From the NCBI RefSeq assembly GCF_963921235.1, contig NC_086107.1, positions 116,872,001 through 116,936,000 of the forward strand: a stretch of DNA of 64,000 nt. The letters run 5' to 3'. Shown here piece by piece: positions 61,590 to 64,000 of this stretch. Within the stretch, counting starts at the first letter, position 1, and every line of letters begins with the position of its first letter. The notes under the pieces are model-generated. The model saw only the letters and a list, made by a program, of their open reading frames with translations. It was not told the DNA's origin and ran no database searches. The position numbers and the translations under genes are program-made. This stretch comes from Mobula hypostoma (lineage: Eukaryota).

Positions 61590-62282
61590 CCACAAATATT
61601 CGACATTCTTTGACCCAATGTCAACTCTTTCTAAAAACGTAATTCCATCTCTTACCAATACAGCCACACCACCGCCTGTGCCTTCTTGCTATCCTTTCAA
61701 TTCCAAGTATGTCCTTTGATGTTTAGCTCCGAACAATGACCTTCTTTAATCCAGGACCACGAGTTCATCCATCTTATTCCGAATGCTACCTGAATTTAAA
61801 TACAGGACCTTCAGGCCTGCATCCTTCGTTCTTATGAATTTTGCCCTTGTGGTGAAACTTAACTCTTTGTACTATCTGCAGTTGTACCCAATCATTGGCT
61901 TTTCCTTCCATATATTCATATTACATATTACATCATCTACTTGTAAATCTGCTGGCCCATCCTCAGCTCTATCATACTGGTTCCCATCCCCCTGCCACAT
62001 TTGATTGAACCATTCCAAACAGCTGCAGCAAACCTGTCCCTTCGGATTCAGGTGCAAACCATCCTTTTTGTATAGGTTACACCTGCTCCAGAAGAAATCC
62101 CAGTTATCAAGAAACCTGCTACCTGCTCCAATTCTTCAGTCACATATTTATCCTAATTCTATTCCTGTCCCCACTGTCGTGCGGCACAGGCAGCATTTCT
62201 GACATTACTACCTTTGAGGTCCTGCTTCTCAGCTTCAGCTTCCTTCCTAACTCCCTGTATTCTGTTTTCAGGACCTGTTCCC
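61590..62282 (-). mobile_element. CR1 ORF1 esterase/ORF2 start fragment
   Basis: EYRELGRKL...SRTSKVVMSEMLPVP, similar to 56500-56720. Confidence 0.75.
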
Positions 62283-63538
62283 TTAATCTTGGCCTTTGTT
62301 TCAGGCAACTCTTTGCAACAGAAAACGTTTTCTTGAATTTCACCATCATTTACAAATCTTACAAATGCAACAACATGACATTTATTGGTGAAGTCTGTTG
62401 ACTCATCAACCTGGATAGAGAAACTGTTGTGTTTCAGTTTCTCAAAACCTCTTCAGCATCATACGACATGTCATCAATACGTCGACTTATCGTATTGCAT
62501 GAAAGTGAAACCTTTTCAATTTCTCGTACTGCATCTTGTACTTGCATTTTATCCACTATACCTTTACATGCTGGCATTATTATGTTCTCACCAACTGTGT
62601 GACTTTTCCTTTTCTAGGTAGTAATTTCTGCCACTAACTAACTTGCTTCTTGATTTTTTTTTACTGACTGTGACTATATTAACAAAAGCTTTGCTCTGTT
62701 TTGAGATTTCAATCGCCGTTTAAAATAATCAGGACTTTTATCTATCGTATGGCTGTGATTTGTAGTTAAGTGTACTGTATTCACAATTTTGCTGGAGTCA
62801 TTGCTGCATTTGTAAGTTTTTGTTTGCCACAGACCAGGCACAATGGAATAGGACAACTTGGCTAACCAGTCCATGTAAAACCCATCGATAAGTAGCTTGC
62901 ATTGTAAAGACGGACATTTTGCGTCCGTTGTTGCACTAGTGCAGTGAAATGACTCAAAGGACTGTAATTCTTCGTTATTAAGGTTATCAGAATTGTCCGT
63001 AGCCCTAGGCCCAGAATCCCCCTCTTCCATCTCACACTTCCTCTTCAAAAATCGCCACATTAGACCGTCCTGAGAATGAAAATTTCCCTCCAATTTTCTA
63101 CTGCTCCGATAGTTTGTTCGCTTCTATAAATCATTCGGCGGCGTGTGAGGGGAAGTTGGGGAAGGTAATTCTGGAAGGAGAGGCTTGCGTCACAGCTCTA
63201 GTTGGACGAGTCCATTTAATGTTCGGAAAACGCACTTCACACTTTCTGTCAGCCTGCCGTCCTCCTCTCCGTGTAATACAGCGTTCACCAATTATCAGCT
63301 TACCGTCCTCCCCACCGTGCAATACAACTCTCACGAATTATCAACGGCCTTACCCTATCTCTAGTTAAAAACTGGGAATGGACACAACCACGGTCTTACA
63401 CTGTCTTACTTTGCATTGCCATACCGGGCTGAGAGACTAACGACATTGCTAACGGGGCTGCTCGGTCACTACCCTCCACTGCGAGTGCTAGCGTCGCGTG
63501 TCCCTAGGGTTCCGAGGAACCCCGATTGAGAAACTCTG
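62283..63538 (-). mobile_element. hAT Buster/Charlie-type DNA transposon, 5' part with transposase remnant
   Basis: Terminus CAGAGTTTCTCAATCGGGGTTCC on minus from 63538; frames give CLVCGK...HLTTNH (BED finger), HTVGENIIMPA, NTISRRIDDMS, FSIQVDESTD. Confidence 0.82.
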
Positions 63539-64000
63539 CACTCCTAAATCAAAGGCTGTGGGTTGTGACTCCAACCATTGTTCCGCCTATTTTGTTTTAC
63601 ATCTGCGTGAATCACGCATTGCTCCGTGCAGGAAATTTTTATTCCGATCGAAAACTGCGCGGCACTTTAAATGTTTATTTTTTAATACGTATAATACGAA
63701 AAGTTGGAATGAAAATCGAAAAATCAACATACTTTTAATCTATTTATTAATTGAAGTGTATAATTAAGCAACAAAGAAAATTATTCACATTTCGTAAACT
63801 TTTTCTGGCTGCATTGAATTCCAGTCGCGCGACAACAAAGGGAACGTGCGTGGGAGCATTTCAGTTATTGCTGCGGCTTAAACAGAGCAGTAACTCCAGC
63901 CAAAAGCGGGAGCACCCTTGCTCTATTTATAGACTTAAAAACTGTTTTCCTAGTCCTTTACCTATGACATCATGTGACCTTTCGGCCTAGTCACTATATA

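Noticed and set aside
62283..63093. Domesticated ZBED5/SCAND3-like host gene
   Set aside because: Multiple frameshifts and stops, truncated by a CR1, and the TIR is still attached.
1..64000. Prokaryotic RT systems (retron, DGR, group II intron)
   Set aside because: All RT motifs belong to eukaryotic CR1, Rex1, L1 or Gypsy families; there is no operon structure.

Overview
Eukaryotic, repeat-saturated genomic DNA, not prokaryotic. The repeat mix (CR1-group LINEs, Rex1/Babar, fish-type L1, Penelope-like, HERO) suggests a cartilaginous fish, but that is inference. The only host gene I can support is an intact DUSP14-like dual-specificity phosphatase with one coding exon (minus strand, 33044-32367). 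It has a probable non-coding first exon and an RFX X-box/GC-box promoter near 36.0-36.2 kb. The rest is nested mobile DNA. (1) An internally deleted AcademX-type DNA transposon (transposase + XPG/PIN nuclease + Cys8 finger, with TIRs) split by a solo LTR. (2) A full-length Gmr1-like Gypsy element with a SCAN-like capsid and integrase placed before RT. (3) Several Penelope-like insertions carrying minimal hammerhead ribozyme motifs, three of them inverted tail-out structures with target-site duplications (TSDs). (4) A 5'-intact L1, a HERO 3' end, a Buster/hAT fragment, a tRNA-derived SINE and a 42-43 bp satellite. I found no demonstrably new biological system; the best leads are the Academ element, the hammerhead-delimited mini-insertions and the X-box-associated DUSP. 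Boundaries of decayed LINE fragments are approximate; TSD/LTR/TIR coordinates were read directly from the sequence.
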